Assembly: GCA_031409335.1 (NCBI GenBank)
Contig: JANNWY010000048.1
Span: forward strand, 1-20,409
Direction: 5' to 3'
DNA length: 20,409 bases
From: Chthoniobacteraceae bacterium
GTDB lineage: Bacteria; Verrucomicrobiota; Verrucomicrobiia; Chthoniobacterales; Chthoniobacteraceae
In this document: piece after piece, positions 9,229 to 19,000 of the stretch
How the letters are laid out: every line of letters begins with the position of its first letter
Numbering within the stretch: position 1 is the first letter of the stretch
Program-made: the position numbers and the translations under genes
The notes under the pieces: model-generated
The model's input: the letters and a program-made list of their open reading frames with translations, nothing else
Database searches by the model: none
Told to the model about the DNA's origin: nothing

Positions 9229-10038
9229 CTATTCCTGGGCGATTGGCTTCAACTCGCGAATCCACACGTTGCGAAAGCGCATCGGATTGCCGTGATCCTG
9301 GAGCGAGATCGAACCCTTTTCGGGATGCGGTGTGTATTTACCGACCTGCTGGTGCGGGGTCGCGCCGGTGAGCTGCGTGTGGTTTTGCGTGAGCACGCCG
9401 TTGTGGAAAATGGTGACGAACGCAGGCTTTTCCAACTGGCCGTCCTTGAAGCGCGGGCCGTTGAAAATGATGTCGTATGTCTGCCACTCGCCGGGTTTGC
9501 GGGAGGCGTTCACGAGCGGCGGTGTCTGGCCGTAAATGCCGGTCGCCTGGCCGTCGGGATAGGTGGGATTTTCGTAAGAATCGAGCACCTGGATCTCGTA
9601 GCGCCCGTAGAAAAACACGCCGCTGTTGCCGCGGCCCTGGCCGTTGCCTTTTGGCGGCGGCGTGGCGAATTCGATGTGCAACTGCACGTCCGGCCCGAAC
9701 TCATCGCGCGTGGTCAGCGTGCCCGTGCCGGCGACGACTTCGTAGTATCCGTTCTCCACTTTCCACTTCGCATCCGCATCGCCGTTCTTCCATTTGGAAA
9801 GATCGGTGCCGTCGAAAAGCACCACGGCATCGCTAGGCGCATCGACGACCATCTTCTCGGAATTCCACGAGCCCGGCGTCACGATCGGCGGCTGCGGGCG
9901 TGTGCCATCGTGGACGTGCCATTTGGTGCCGGGAATCAGCGGCGTGTTTTGGTAGCCGAGCTTGTCCTCAACTGCAGATGCGGAGAACAGCGCGGTGAAG
10001 ATGCCAACGGTGAGAATGTGCGGAACGAGGGTTTTCAT
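9229..10038 (-). CDS. DUF1080 (3-keto-disaccharide hydrolase family) secreted protein
   Basis: Signal peptide from ATG 10038; LFDGTDL, GNSGVF, YEIQVLD, GEWQTYDI, LQDHGNPMRFRNVWIREL. Confidence 0.9.
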   Translation of the reverse strand: MKTLVPHILTVGIFTALFSASAVEDKLGYQNTPLIPGTKWHVHDGTRPQPPIVTPGSWNSEKMVVDAPSDAVVLFDGTDLSKWKNGDADAKWKVENGYYEVVAGTGTLTTRDEFGPDVQLHIEFATPPPKGNGQGRGNSGVFFYGRYEIQVLDSYENPTYPDGQATGIYGQTPPLVNASRKPGEWQTYDIIFNGPRFKDGQLEKPAFVTIFHNGVLTQNHTQLTGATPHQQVGKYTPHPEKGSISLQDHGNPMRFRNVWIRELKPIAQE

Positions 10039-10086
10039 AGGGCGCGAGAATACGCAGACGAACGCGCCGCCGGGAAACAAGAAACG

Positions 10087-11214
10087 TCAACCTTTCCACA
10101 GCTTTCCATCGCGTGAAACGCGCCACCATTTTCCCGCCCACCAGACGGTCGGCGAAAGCCACGCGAGCAGCCAGCAGAGCGTCGCGATGAGATCGGAGAT
10201 GAGCAGCGTGGAAAACAGGCGCGCGCGCGGAATGGCGATCGTCTTCGCGACAGAGTGAAAGCAAATCCAGCGGGTGATTTGCATCCCGGCGAAACCGGCC
10301 AGCGCGATCGGTCGGGGGCCGGGTGTGAGAGCGAGCAGGAGGATTCCTGCCGCGATGCTGTGGGTAAAAATCATCCCGGCAAATCCGGTGGGATCGCCGA
10401 TGCGATACGTCACCGCGATGCGACGCTGATGCCGCCAGTATGCGCGCCACGTCAGCGGATCGCTTTCCAATGTGGCGACCTGCTGGCTGAGGCGAATCGT
10501 CTTCCCGGCTTTTGCCAGAGCGGCACCGAGGCGATTGTCCTCGGCGAGTTCATCCGCAAACGCCGCCCAGCCGCCCACGCTCGCGAGATCGGCGCGGCGC
10601 AAACCCGTGCAGGCTCCGAGCGTGAAATTCAGCCGCCCAAATCGCCGCACGAATATCAAGCCTGGCCACAGCGAAAACAGCGTGGACGCGGCATCGAGCG
10701 ATTGCGCCCAAGTCGGGCCGCCCGCGAAACGGTAGCCGCACGTCATCGCCTCCGCGCCGCTCCCCGCCCACTCGCGGCGGAAAGCATCGAGCCACGCTGC
10801 GTCGATCCGCGCTTCCGAATCGCTCAGCACCAAATGCTCGCCACCTGCGGCGGGCTCCATTTGCAGCAACTTGGAAATCTTCGGATTGAGCGCAGCGCCA
10901 TCGCGACAACGCACGACCGCGATTTTCCGCTCCGCGAATTCCGCCCGCACCGAGTCCGCGATCTCCGCGTCAGCCGATCCGGCGTTGACGCCGAGCACTA
11001 ATCGGTCGTCCACGCGCAGCGCCTGCGCTAGTTCCGTCAGCTTCTCGCGCAACTCCGGCACGCCCGCCTTGATCGGGCGCAGCAGCGTCAGCGGCGGCGA
11101 GTCCGCAGCGGGCAATCGCTCGTTTAGCCAGCCGCCGACACACACCGCCGCAAGCAGCGCGTGGAGGACACTCGCCAGGCAAATCACGCACAAAATTGCG
11201 ACGATCCAGTTCAT
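10087..11214 (-). CDS. GT2/GT21 glycosyltransferase, HpnI/ceramide glucosyltransferase-like
   Basis: N-terminal TM from ATG 11214; LLRPIK, NPKI, LSDSE, LAEDNRLG, HQRR; C-terminal TMs and VWWAG. Confidence 0.8.
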   Translation of the reverse strand: MNWIVAILCVICLASVLHALLAAVCVGGWLNERLPAADSPPLTLLRPIKAGVPELREKLTELAQALRVDDRLVLGVNAGSADAEIADSVRAEFAERKIAVVRCRDGAALNPKISKLLQMEPAAGGEHLVLSDSEARIDAAWLDAFRREWAGSGAEAMTCGYRFAGGPTWAQSLDAASTLFSLWPGLIFVRRFGRLNFTLGACTGLRRADLASVGGWAAFADELAEDNRLGAALAKAGKTIRLSQQVATLESDPLTWRAYWRHQRRIAVTYRIGDPTGFAGMIFTHSIAAGILLLALTPGPRPIALAGFAGMQITRWICFHSVAKTIAIPRARLFSTLLISDLIATLCWLLAWLSPTVWWAGKWWRVSRDGKLWKG

Positions 11215-11253
11215 GCCTTGCGTGGGAACGGGAGGAGCGGCGAAAACATCGGC

Positions 11254-11997
11254 ATGTCGCGCGAGTGTGCCCGCGCGATCCGCGTTTTGAAAACCCTCAT
11301 CCTCACCGGCGACGACTTTGGCCGCAGCGCCCGCGTCAATGAAGCCATCGAACGCCACCACGCCGCGGGTGTGCTGACGCAGGCGAGCCTGATGGTGAAC
11401 GAGCCGCACGCCGCCGCGGCGGTCGAAATCGCGCGACGCCATCCGCAGCTTTGCGTCGGGCTGCATCTCACGCTTTGCGCCGGCCGCGCGTCGCAAGTCT
11501 CCGCGCTCACCGGCGCCGCCGGAAATTTCCCGGCATCACCCGCGCGCGCTGGCCTGCGCTACTTCTTTCGCCCTTCGCTGAAGGCCGCGCTCGCCGCCGA
11601 GATTCGCGCGCAGTTTGCAAAATTCCGCGACCTCGGTTTAGCGCCGACTTACTGGGATGGCCACACGCACCTGCACCTCCACCCGACGGTCCTCCGCCTC
11701 ACGCTCCCGATCGCCTGCGAGCACGGCTTCACTTTCACCCGCCTCGTCCGCGAGCCGAAGCCGCGCAGTTTTCTTGGACACCTTTTCGCTGCCCTGAGCG
11801 CGCGAGCTCGCCCGCGCTTGATCGCGCACGGCATCGGTTTCGCGGATCAAGTCTGCGGGCTGCGCGAAACGGGCCGCATGACGAATGAAACATTCCGCCG
11901 TCTCGTCGCGCAGCCGCGGGAGGGAACGACGGAAATTTATTTCCATCCCGGCGCCGATCCCGAGGAGTTGGAAGCGTGGCCAGTGATCTCCGGGTAG
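11254..11997 (+). CDS. ChbG/HpnK (YdjC) family deacetylase
   Basis: TGDDFG, ASLMVN, VGLHLTL, DGHTHLHLHP, EIYFHP. Start is either ATG 11254 or TTG 11287. Confidence 0.88.
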   Translation: MSRECARAIRVLKTLILTGDDFGRSARVNEAIERHHAAGVLTQASLMVNEPHAAAAVEIARRHPQLCVGLHLTLCAGRASQVSALTGAAGNFPASPARAGLRYFFRPSLKAALAAEIRAQFAKFRDLGLAPTYWDGHTHLHLHPTVLRLTLPIACEHGFTFTRLVREPKPRSFLGHLFAALSARARPRLIAHGIGFADQVCGLRETGRMTNETFRRLVAQPREGTTEIYFHPGADPEELEAWPVISG

Positions 11998-12152
11998 CAC
12001 GCTCGTCCCGAGCGTTGGCGAAGGCGTCCCGCCTTCGCGGACTTTCAGGACGTGTTTCCCGTGATTGCGCGCTCCAGCCGAAAAGAACGCTGCCGAAAGT
12101 TCGTTTCGGCGGGCCGCCGAAACCAACGCTCGGGACGAGCGTGCTACCCGGA
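11989..12152. repeat. REPIN/BIME-like element: inverted pair of GTAG-type REPs
   Basis: Perfect 30-bp inverted arms at 11989-12018 and 12123-12152, each GTAG plus ACGCTCG-TCC-CGAGCGT. Inner hairpins at 12018-12038 and 12103-12123. Confidence 0.85.
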
Positions 12153-12162
12153 AAAGGCTGCG

Positions 12163-13524
12163 CTACGTGTCCTCTGGCAGTGCCTTGTCCTTTGTCTCCG
12201 GCGCGAAGAGGACGGTGATGATGCCAATGAGGAAAATCGCGCACATCACCATCGCGGAGTAGCGATATGGCAGTGGTGATGCGTGGCCGCCAAAAACCTG
12301 CACGGTGAGCACCGACGAAAAGAAGCTGCCCGCCGCCGCGGCGAAGCGCCCGATATTGTAGCAAAACGAAATGCCCGTGCTGCGCAGCCGACCGGGAAAC
12401 AGCTCCGGCAAATAGATCGCGAACCCCGCGAATGGCCCGAGCTGAACCGCACCCATCAGCGGCATCATCCAGTAGGCGTCCTGCGGCGAGTCCATTTTCC
12501 AATAGACGAATGCCGTGACGATCAGCGCCGCGGTGAATCCGATGATGAACGCGGGCCTGCGGCCAATCGCGTGCGCCATCCGCGTGAAGAGCCACATTCC
12601 CGTCGCGGCTCCGAGCATGTTGAGCAGGTATGCGTAGCTGATCGCCTTTGCTGCCTGCGCTTTCGCCGCCGCCGGATCGAACCCGCTCTTTTCATAGTGC
12701 GTTTGAAAAACCGTCTTCTGAAGGTCCACCGCGTATTCGCCGATCGCCCAAAGCCCGACGACACCCGTCGAGGCGATGAGCGCGCCGACGATCAGATTTT
12801 TGCGCCAGCGTTTATCCGAAAGCAGACTGACGTATGGCGAAAAAATACTTCCCGTCGGTAGTTTGCCTTCCGCTTTCAGGCGCAGCCACGGCTCGGGTTC
12901 CTTCAGTTTTTTGCGGGTGAAAATGATCATCAACGCGGGCAGCGCGCCGATGAGAAACATCCAGCGCCAGCCGTTGTCAGCGGTCAGCGTGCCGGACGCT
13001 TGCAGTGCGTCGATACCCATTTTGCAAAAGCCCGCGGTCACGTTGCCGATCGTCGAGAGCACTTGCAGCAGGCCAAGCGATTGCACCCGCGCGCCGCTCG
13101 GCACGGTCTCCGCGATGAGCGCCACGGCGAGGCCGAAAACACCGCCGACGCCGAGCCCGGTGAGAAAGCGGTAGATCGTGAAATCCACCTTGCCGACGCT
13201 GACGAAGGTGAGGCCGGTGAAGCCCGAATAAATCAGGATCGTCACCATCAGCATCTTCGCGCGGCCATAGCGGTCGCCGAGCGCGCCAAAGATCATCCCG
13301 CCCACACCCCAGCCGATGAGGAACCAGGCCGTGACCACCTTTCCAAACGCCTGAATCTCCGGCGCGGTCGCCCCCTTCATCAGCGACGTGAGCGCAGGGA
13401 TGCGCGCGAGCGAGAAGAGGCGCTGATCGAGGCAGTCGAAAAACCACGCCGCCGACGCGACGATAAAGACGAACCAGTGGTAAGGCGTGAGCAGTTTCCA
13501 CCAGCGTTGATCGGGGGTTTGCAT
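12163..13524 (-). CDS. MFS transporter (SHS/aromatic acid-like)
   Basis: FFDCLD, GALGDRYGR, RFLTGLGVGG, IGRRP, YLPELFP..LRSTG, APETK. Start chosen at ATG 13524. Confidence 0.92.
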   Translation of the reverse strand: MQTPDQRWWKLLTPYHWFVFIVASAAWFFDCLDQRLFSLARIPALTSLMKGATAPEIQAFGKVVTAWFLIGWGVGGMIFGALGDRYGRAKMLMVTILIYSGFTGLTFVSVGKVDFTIYRFLTGLGVGGVFGLAVALIAETVPSGARVQSLGLLQVLSTIGNVTAGFCKMGIDALQASGTLTADNGWRWMFLIGALPALMIIFTRKKLKEPEPWLRLKAEGKLPTGSIFSPYVSLLSDKRWRKNLIVGALIASTGVVGLWAIGEYAVDLQKTVFQTHYEKSGFDPAAAKAQAAKAISYAYLLNMLGAATGMWLFTRMAHAIGRRPAFIIGFTAALIVTAFVYWKMDSPQDAYWMMPLMGAVQLGPFAGFAIYLPELFPGRLRSTGISFCYNIGRFAAAAGSFFSSVLTVQVFGGHASPLPYRYSAMVMCAIFLIGIITVLFAPETKDKALPEDT

Positions 13525-13691
13525 GGGCGGCGAAGATGGGCGGCACGAACGCGGTGGCCAAGAAAAATTCACTTGGAAAGCGCGACCACCACCGCCGCGG
13601 CGATTTCTGATGACTTCGGGATTTTCGCCATCGTAGCATCCGCGTTTCACCCGCAGGCCGCCACGCTCGAAATCGAACCGCCTTTTTCCAA

Positions 13692-14510
13692 ATGTCCCAT
13701 CTCATCCCACTCGAAGACACCCACGCCGACATCGTCGGCAAAGCCATCCGCGGCCTGAAACTGACCGACGCCGATGTCGCCGCGAAAGCCGGCGTGACCG
13801 CCGAAGCGCTGGCCAGTTTAAAGGGCGGCGACTTTGCCGAGACGACCGCGCGCGCCGTCGCGCCGGTACTCGGGATCGGTGCCGATGCGCTGGTCGCGAT
13901 GGGAAAAAAAGCGTGGCGTCCGCAGCCCGTCTCAGTCGCCGGGCTTGCGTGTTTCAATACGCCGTTCGAGGACATGACCGTGAACAGTTACGTCGTTTTC
14001 GATCATGAAACGGGGGATGCCGTCGCATTCGATACCGGCGCGGATTGCAGCGGGATGCTGGAATTTCTCGCGAAGGAAAAGCTCACGCTCAAACTCATCC
14101 TGCTCACCCACACGCACGGCGATCACATCCTCGAACTCGACCGCCTCCGGGAAAAAACCGGCGCGCCCGCCTTCGTCGGAAATCGCGAGCCAATCGCCGG
14201 CGCGGAGGCATTTGCGGAAGGCCGGGAGTTCCGCTGCGGCGCGCTGCGGATCGAGACGCGGCTGACGTGGGGCCATTCGCCCGGCGGCATCACTTACGTG
14301 ATTCACGGATTGGAAAAACCGGTCGCGGTCAATGGCGACGCGGTGTTTGCGAGTTCGATGGGTGGCGGCGGCGTTTCGTATGCCGACGCGCTGCGCACGA
14401 ACCGCGAGCAAATCCTCACCCTTCCCGACGACACCGTGCTGTGCCCCGGCCACGGCCCGCTCACCACGGTCGGTGAGGAAAAAGCGCACAATCCGTTTTT
14501 CACTGCCTGA
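13692..14510 (+). CDS. MBL-fold metallo-hydrolase (glyoxalase II-like) with N-terminal HTH-like extension
   Basis: THTHGDH, GHSPG, GDAVF, PGHGP, EKAHNPF. Confidence 0.9.
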   Translation: MSHLIPLEDTHADIVGKAIRGLKLTDADVAAKAGVTAEALASLKGGDFAETTARAVAPVLGIGADALVAMGKKAWRPQPVSVAGLACFNTPFEDMTVNSYVVFDHETGDAVAFDTGADCSGMLEFLAKEKLTLKLILLTHTHGDHILELDRLREKTGAPAFVGNREPIAGAEAFAEGREFRCGALRIETRLTWGHSPGGITYVIHGLEKPVAVNGDAVFASSMGGGGVSYADALRTNREQILTLPDDTVLCPGHGPLTTVGEEKAHNPFFTA

Positions 14511-14564
14511 CGCGGCGCGGCCCGCTTGCCATCACGGTGCGCGAATCGTCCCGGCCCGAACCGC

Positions 14565-15446
14565 ATGACCTCCACTAAGCTCGTCTTCCTCTCACGGCTC
14601 GGCAGTTCCGTGGCGCTGTGGGGCGTGGCGTTGTGGATCATTTTTTCGGGATACGAACTCGGCTTCTTCTTCCTCATCAGCACCCTCGCGCTGGTCGGGC
14701 TGTGGGAATATTATGTGATGCTCGATCACAAGAAGCTGCCGAATTTCAAAGTGATCGGGATGCTCAGCGGCGCGGTGCTCGTGTGCGGGAGTTTCTACTA
14801 TTGCAGCCGCATCGGCCCCGCGCAGAGCTACGACTTTGAAGTGGCCACGCTCGTCTTTTTCATGCTCGTGGTTTTCGCGCGGCAGATGTTTCAAAAGACG
14901 CGCGATCTGCTCCCGCTCGAGACGATGGCCTACACGGTTTTCGGGCTGTTTTACGTGCCGTGGCTGTTTTCGTTCGTCACGAAAATCGTCTATCTCATGC
15001 CGCGCGACGCCAACGGCGATGTGACCGGCCACATCTACGTGCTGTGGCTCGTGGTGGTCACAAAATTCAGCGACATGGGCGCATACCTCACCGGCTCGCT
15101 GATCGGCAAACACCCACTCGTCCCGCACATTTCGCCGAAGAAAACGTGGGAGGGATTTTTCGGCGCGCTGGTGTTTTCGACCGGCGGCGCGTGCGGCGTG
15201 CTCGCGCTGCGGCGCGATGAACTTTCGTTCCTGACTTACAACGACGCGATCATCCTCGGCCTCGTGCTCGGCTTCGCGGCGATCATCGGCGACCTCGCGG
15301 AGTCGATCGTGAAACGCAGCGCGGACGTGAAGGATTCCGGCAAACTCCTGCCGGGCATCGGCGGTGCGATGGACTTGATCGACTCGATTCTTTTCACGGC
15401 TCCGCTGCTGTTCTTTTACCTGCGGTTTGTGGTGAAGGTGGCGTAG
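14565..15446 (+). CDS. cdsA: Phosphatidate cytidylyltransferase
   Basis: SDMGAYLTG, ISPKKTWEG, GDLAESIVKR..VKDSG.LLPG.GG..D.IDS. Confidence 0.95.
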   Translation: MTSTKLVFLSRLGSSVALWGVALWIIFSGYELGFFFLISTLALVGLWEYYVMLDHKKLPNFKVIGMLSGAVLVCGSFYYCSRIGPAQSYDFEVATLVFFMLVVFARQMFQKTRDLLPLETMAYTVFGLFYVPWLFSFVTKIVYLMPRDANGDVTGHIYVLWLVVVTKFSDMGAYLTGSLIGKHPLVPHISPKKTWEGFFGALVFSTGGACGVLALRRDELSFLTYNDAIILGLVLGFAAIIGDLAESIVKRSADVKDSGKLLPGIGGAMDLIDSILFTAPLLFFYLRFVVKVA

Positions 15447-15614
15447 TCGGTCCGTTTGATCACACCTGTCGTATCGAGCGGCGAGCGGCGATCTGGGAGC
15501 GAGGAAGCGGGCAATTTTCGAGAAGCGACCCAGTTGCCCTGCGGCCGCTCTATTCGACGAAAGATCCAAGATAACTCGCGCGCCATTCGTCATCCCTTGA
15601 GAACGGCGGTTTGT

Positions 15615-15675
15615 CGTTAAAAGAGTAACGCCTTTTCGCTTGCCACCATTTACATCCGCGTTAAAAGATTAACGC
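15615..15675 (+). promoter_or_regulatory. Two palindromic candidate operators CGTTA-N6-TAACG flanking a TTGCCA -35 upstream of the BlaI-family gene
   Basis: CGTTAAAAGAGTAACG (15615-15630) and CGTTAAAAGATTAACG (15659-15674), 15/16 identical. TTGCCA at 15640-15645. Confidence 0.7.
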
Positions 15676-15691
15676 AACTACCAGCACCGCC

Positions 15692-16075
15692 ATGCCAAAC
15701 CCAGCCGAACTCTCCCGCCGCGAACGCCAGATCATGGACGCCGTCTTTGCCCTCGGCGAAGCGACCGTGAACCGGGTCGTCGAAACCATCCCCGATGCGC
15801 CGACGCCGATGGCGGTGCGGCGGATGATGCACATCCTCGAAGAGAAGGGTTATCTCAAGCGTCGCGAGGAAGGGCGCGAGGTCGTCTATCTGCCACGCGA
15901 GGCGAAGGCGAAGGCCGGGCGCAGCGCGTTCCAGCGGGTGCTCGAAACATTCTTCGGCGGCTCGCTCGAGGATGCGCTCGCCGCGCATCTCGTCGCGCGG
16001 AAAGACGGCATGAGTGCCGCGGAGCGTGTTCGGCTCGTGGCGCTGATCGAGCAGACGAGGAAGGAGGGTCGCTGA
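15692..16075 (+). CDS. BlaI/MecI/CopY family transcriptional repressor
   Basis: LSRRERQIMD, LEEKGYL, GREVVYLP, FFGGS. Confidence 0.95.
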   Translation: MPNPAELSRRERQIMDAVFALGEATVNRVVETIPDAPTPMAVRRMMHILEEKGYLKRREEGREVVYLPREAKAKAGRSAFQRVLETFFGGSLEDALAAHLVARKDGMSAAERVRLVALIEQTRKEGR

Positions 16076-16076
16076 G

Positions 16077-19000
16077 ATGAATCGCACCATTTTCGGGCTG
16101 AGTGCGGCGGTCGCCGCGCTGGCACCGCTCGTGTTTGATTCGGCGCTGAAAGGCGGCGTGCTCCTCGCGGTCGCGGCGCTTTGCGCGCTGGCATTGTGGC
16201 GCGCTTCGGCGGCGACACGGCATCTGGTGTGGCTGGTTGCGGTGGTTGCGTTACTCGTGCTGCCGGTGTTGTCGGCGGCATTGCCGCAATGGCGCGTGCT
16301 GCCGGATTGGAGGAAGACTTTGCGGTCCGCGGACGCTGCGCCGGTGGTGAGAATCGGGAATGCTTCCTCTGCAACCGCTGCGATCAATGAACTGGCGGCA
16401 ACGCCGCGCACTGACTCGCCGGCACCAGCCGCTCCCGCCATCACGCTGCCACTCCGCGCACCCGCAGGGGCTGCCGTTTCACCCGGCGCGCCTGACGAGC
16501 ACGCGCCCACTTTTCGCGATTGGCTGCCGCTCGCCTGGGCCACCGGTTGCGCGCTGCTCGTGATGCGTTTGATCGCCGCGCACCTTTTGCTCCGCCGTGC
16601 GGCGCGCAGTTGCGTGGGTTTGGACGACGCGCGCGGCGCAGCCATCACGCCGGCTTTCGCCGCTGCCCGCGCGCAACTCGGCATCCGCCAGCGCGTGACT
16701 TTGCTGCTGGATCAAAGACGCACCATCCCCGTCGTGTGGGGCGTCTTTCGCCCACGCTTGATGCTCCCCATCGAGGCGCGTGGGTGGACGGACGACCAGC
16801 TCCGCTCCGTCCTCCTGCACGAGTTGGCGCACATCAAACGCCGCGACACGCTCGTCCAGTGGCTCACGCAAATCGCCTGCGCGCTGCATTGGTGGAACCC
16901 GCTCGTGTGGCTCGCCGCGTGGCGTCTGCACGCCGAGCGCGAGCGCGCTTGCGACGATCTCGTGCTCGCCAGCGGCGTGCGCCCGTCGGCGTATGCGGAG
17001 CATTTGCTCCACGTCGCCACGAAGCTCTCGCCCGCGCGCTGGACGGCAGCCTGCGGCCTCGCGATGGCGCGCAAATCCTCGCTCGAAGGCCGCCTCCTCG
17101 CCGTGCTCAGCGAGAAGCTGAACCGCCGCAGCGTGACCTCCGCACTTGCCGCGGCGGCGCTCATCCTTGGCGCAGTCGTCGCCATTCCCATCGCCATGCT
17201 CCGCGCGGCCGACGACAAATGGAATCCGCACCAGGTCGCGCATATTGGAACGAACGATTTTTCCGCCTACTGCGTGCATGATGGCAAGGACGCGGCGTTC
17301 GTCATCGCGTATCACGGCGACTTCGGCTCGGCGACCGAAGGCTCATCGAACGCGAAGACGCGCACATGGATAGACTCCGGCACGCTCACCGCGAAGAAGC
17401 CCAGCATCGCGCTCGGCTTTCACCGCACGCAAGACGCGCCGGGCAAACTCAGCATCACCACCGCGCCCGCCGAAGCTCAGGATCTCTCCAAGCCCGCGCC
17501 GCCGCCGCGCGACTTCGGGCAAAAGGAATACGACCTCGCGAAAGGCCGCGTCTTTCTCCTCACCGACAACGGCACGGTGCGCCAGCTCGACATCGCCACG
17601 CCCGTCGTGAGCGACCATGAATCCGCGAAAAAACTCGCCGCGCTCATCGCCGCCATCCCTCCCCAGGAGCGCGAGGACATCCTTATGAAACCGAAGCAGA
17701 AAGACGCCCGCTCGCTTTACGAAATCTGGCAACGCCACGCCCGTCTAAGTGGCGACATCCCCGGCGCGCTCATTGGCGAACTCGCGGCGGCGGTGAAAGT
17801 GTTCATCGGCTACAACCCGACATGGGAGACGGTGCCGAAGCTCAACGAAATGCTCCCGCGTCTCGACGCCACGCACGACTGGAAGGCCGCGGACGCCATC
17901 GCGCTGCTCGACGAAGTCGCAGCAGTGAAGGATTCGCCACTCAGCATGGCGATGAGGAGGGGAACGAGCCACACGATTCGCAACGGCGAAAAGTTGCCGG
18001 AGAAGTTCGCGGATGCGGCATGGAGCGGCGGTAAGGCGACCGGCTTGCGCGTGGCTTGGGTGCTGGAGCCGGGTGCGGTGGAGCACCGCATCGGTGCGGC
18101 GCTGAAGGCGCGGCTGCTGGTCTGGAATCCGGGGGCGGTTCCCGTCATGCTCCAGGTGCCGACGTGGTATCAGGGCGGGGTGAAAGCGACCGATGCGAAA
18201 GGTGCGGAGGTCGAAGTCTCCGGCATCTCGTGGACGACAGTTGCGCAGCTTGTCCCGTGTCGCCTCGGTCCGGGCGAATACATCGAAATCTACACACCCG
18301 GCATCGGCTTCGGCCCACGCGCGGGCGTGGGGCCGTGGGCCGGGCCGCGCGTCGGCTCGAACGTGCTCGCGAAGCCGGGCGACGACATCACGCTCACGCA
18401 CAGCCCCGTGCCGCTCGATGGCAGCGAAGTCGGCATGAGTGAGGACGACCCGCACGTCATCGGCCCCGGCTGGTGGCAGGCGCACATCAAAACACGGCTC
18501 GCCCGCGAACTCCCGCTGCCGGCAGATGCTGCAGAACGCACGCGCCTGCTCGACCGAGCCGTGCGCGAGCTTTTCTCCGCCGCTCCGACCGCGGAGGAAA
18601 CAGCGGCCTTTGTCGCGGACACAACGCCGGACGCACTCGACGCGCTGATAAAGCGTCTCGCAGCGCGCGAGGATGTCGTGTCGTTCAGCGGAAAGCTGCC
18701 GACCGCCCCGGCAAAGTTCCGCGTGCTCGCCGCCGACCCGGCCGCCGACAAAACGCCGCGTGTCGTGCTCGGCCCTGGCGAGTATCCGTTGAGTGGAGGG
18801 ACTGCGACGAGCGGTGCCGTGACGCTGAAAATTGTCGGCAGGCCCGTGGGTGACCGCCGCACGAACGAGGCGGGGCTTCTGTTCGTGGACACAGAGGCAA
18901 CCGGCAGAGTTCCGCTCGACCCTCACAGACTCAATGTCCCCGACGGCTGGGGCACATGGGCCATCGTCTGCCGGCCCGGCGAAGGATTCTTCTACCTGCT

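Noticed and set aside
11989..12152. CRISPR array
   Set aside because: The repeats are one inverted pair, not direct repeats with spacers; no cas genes in the window.
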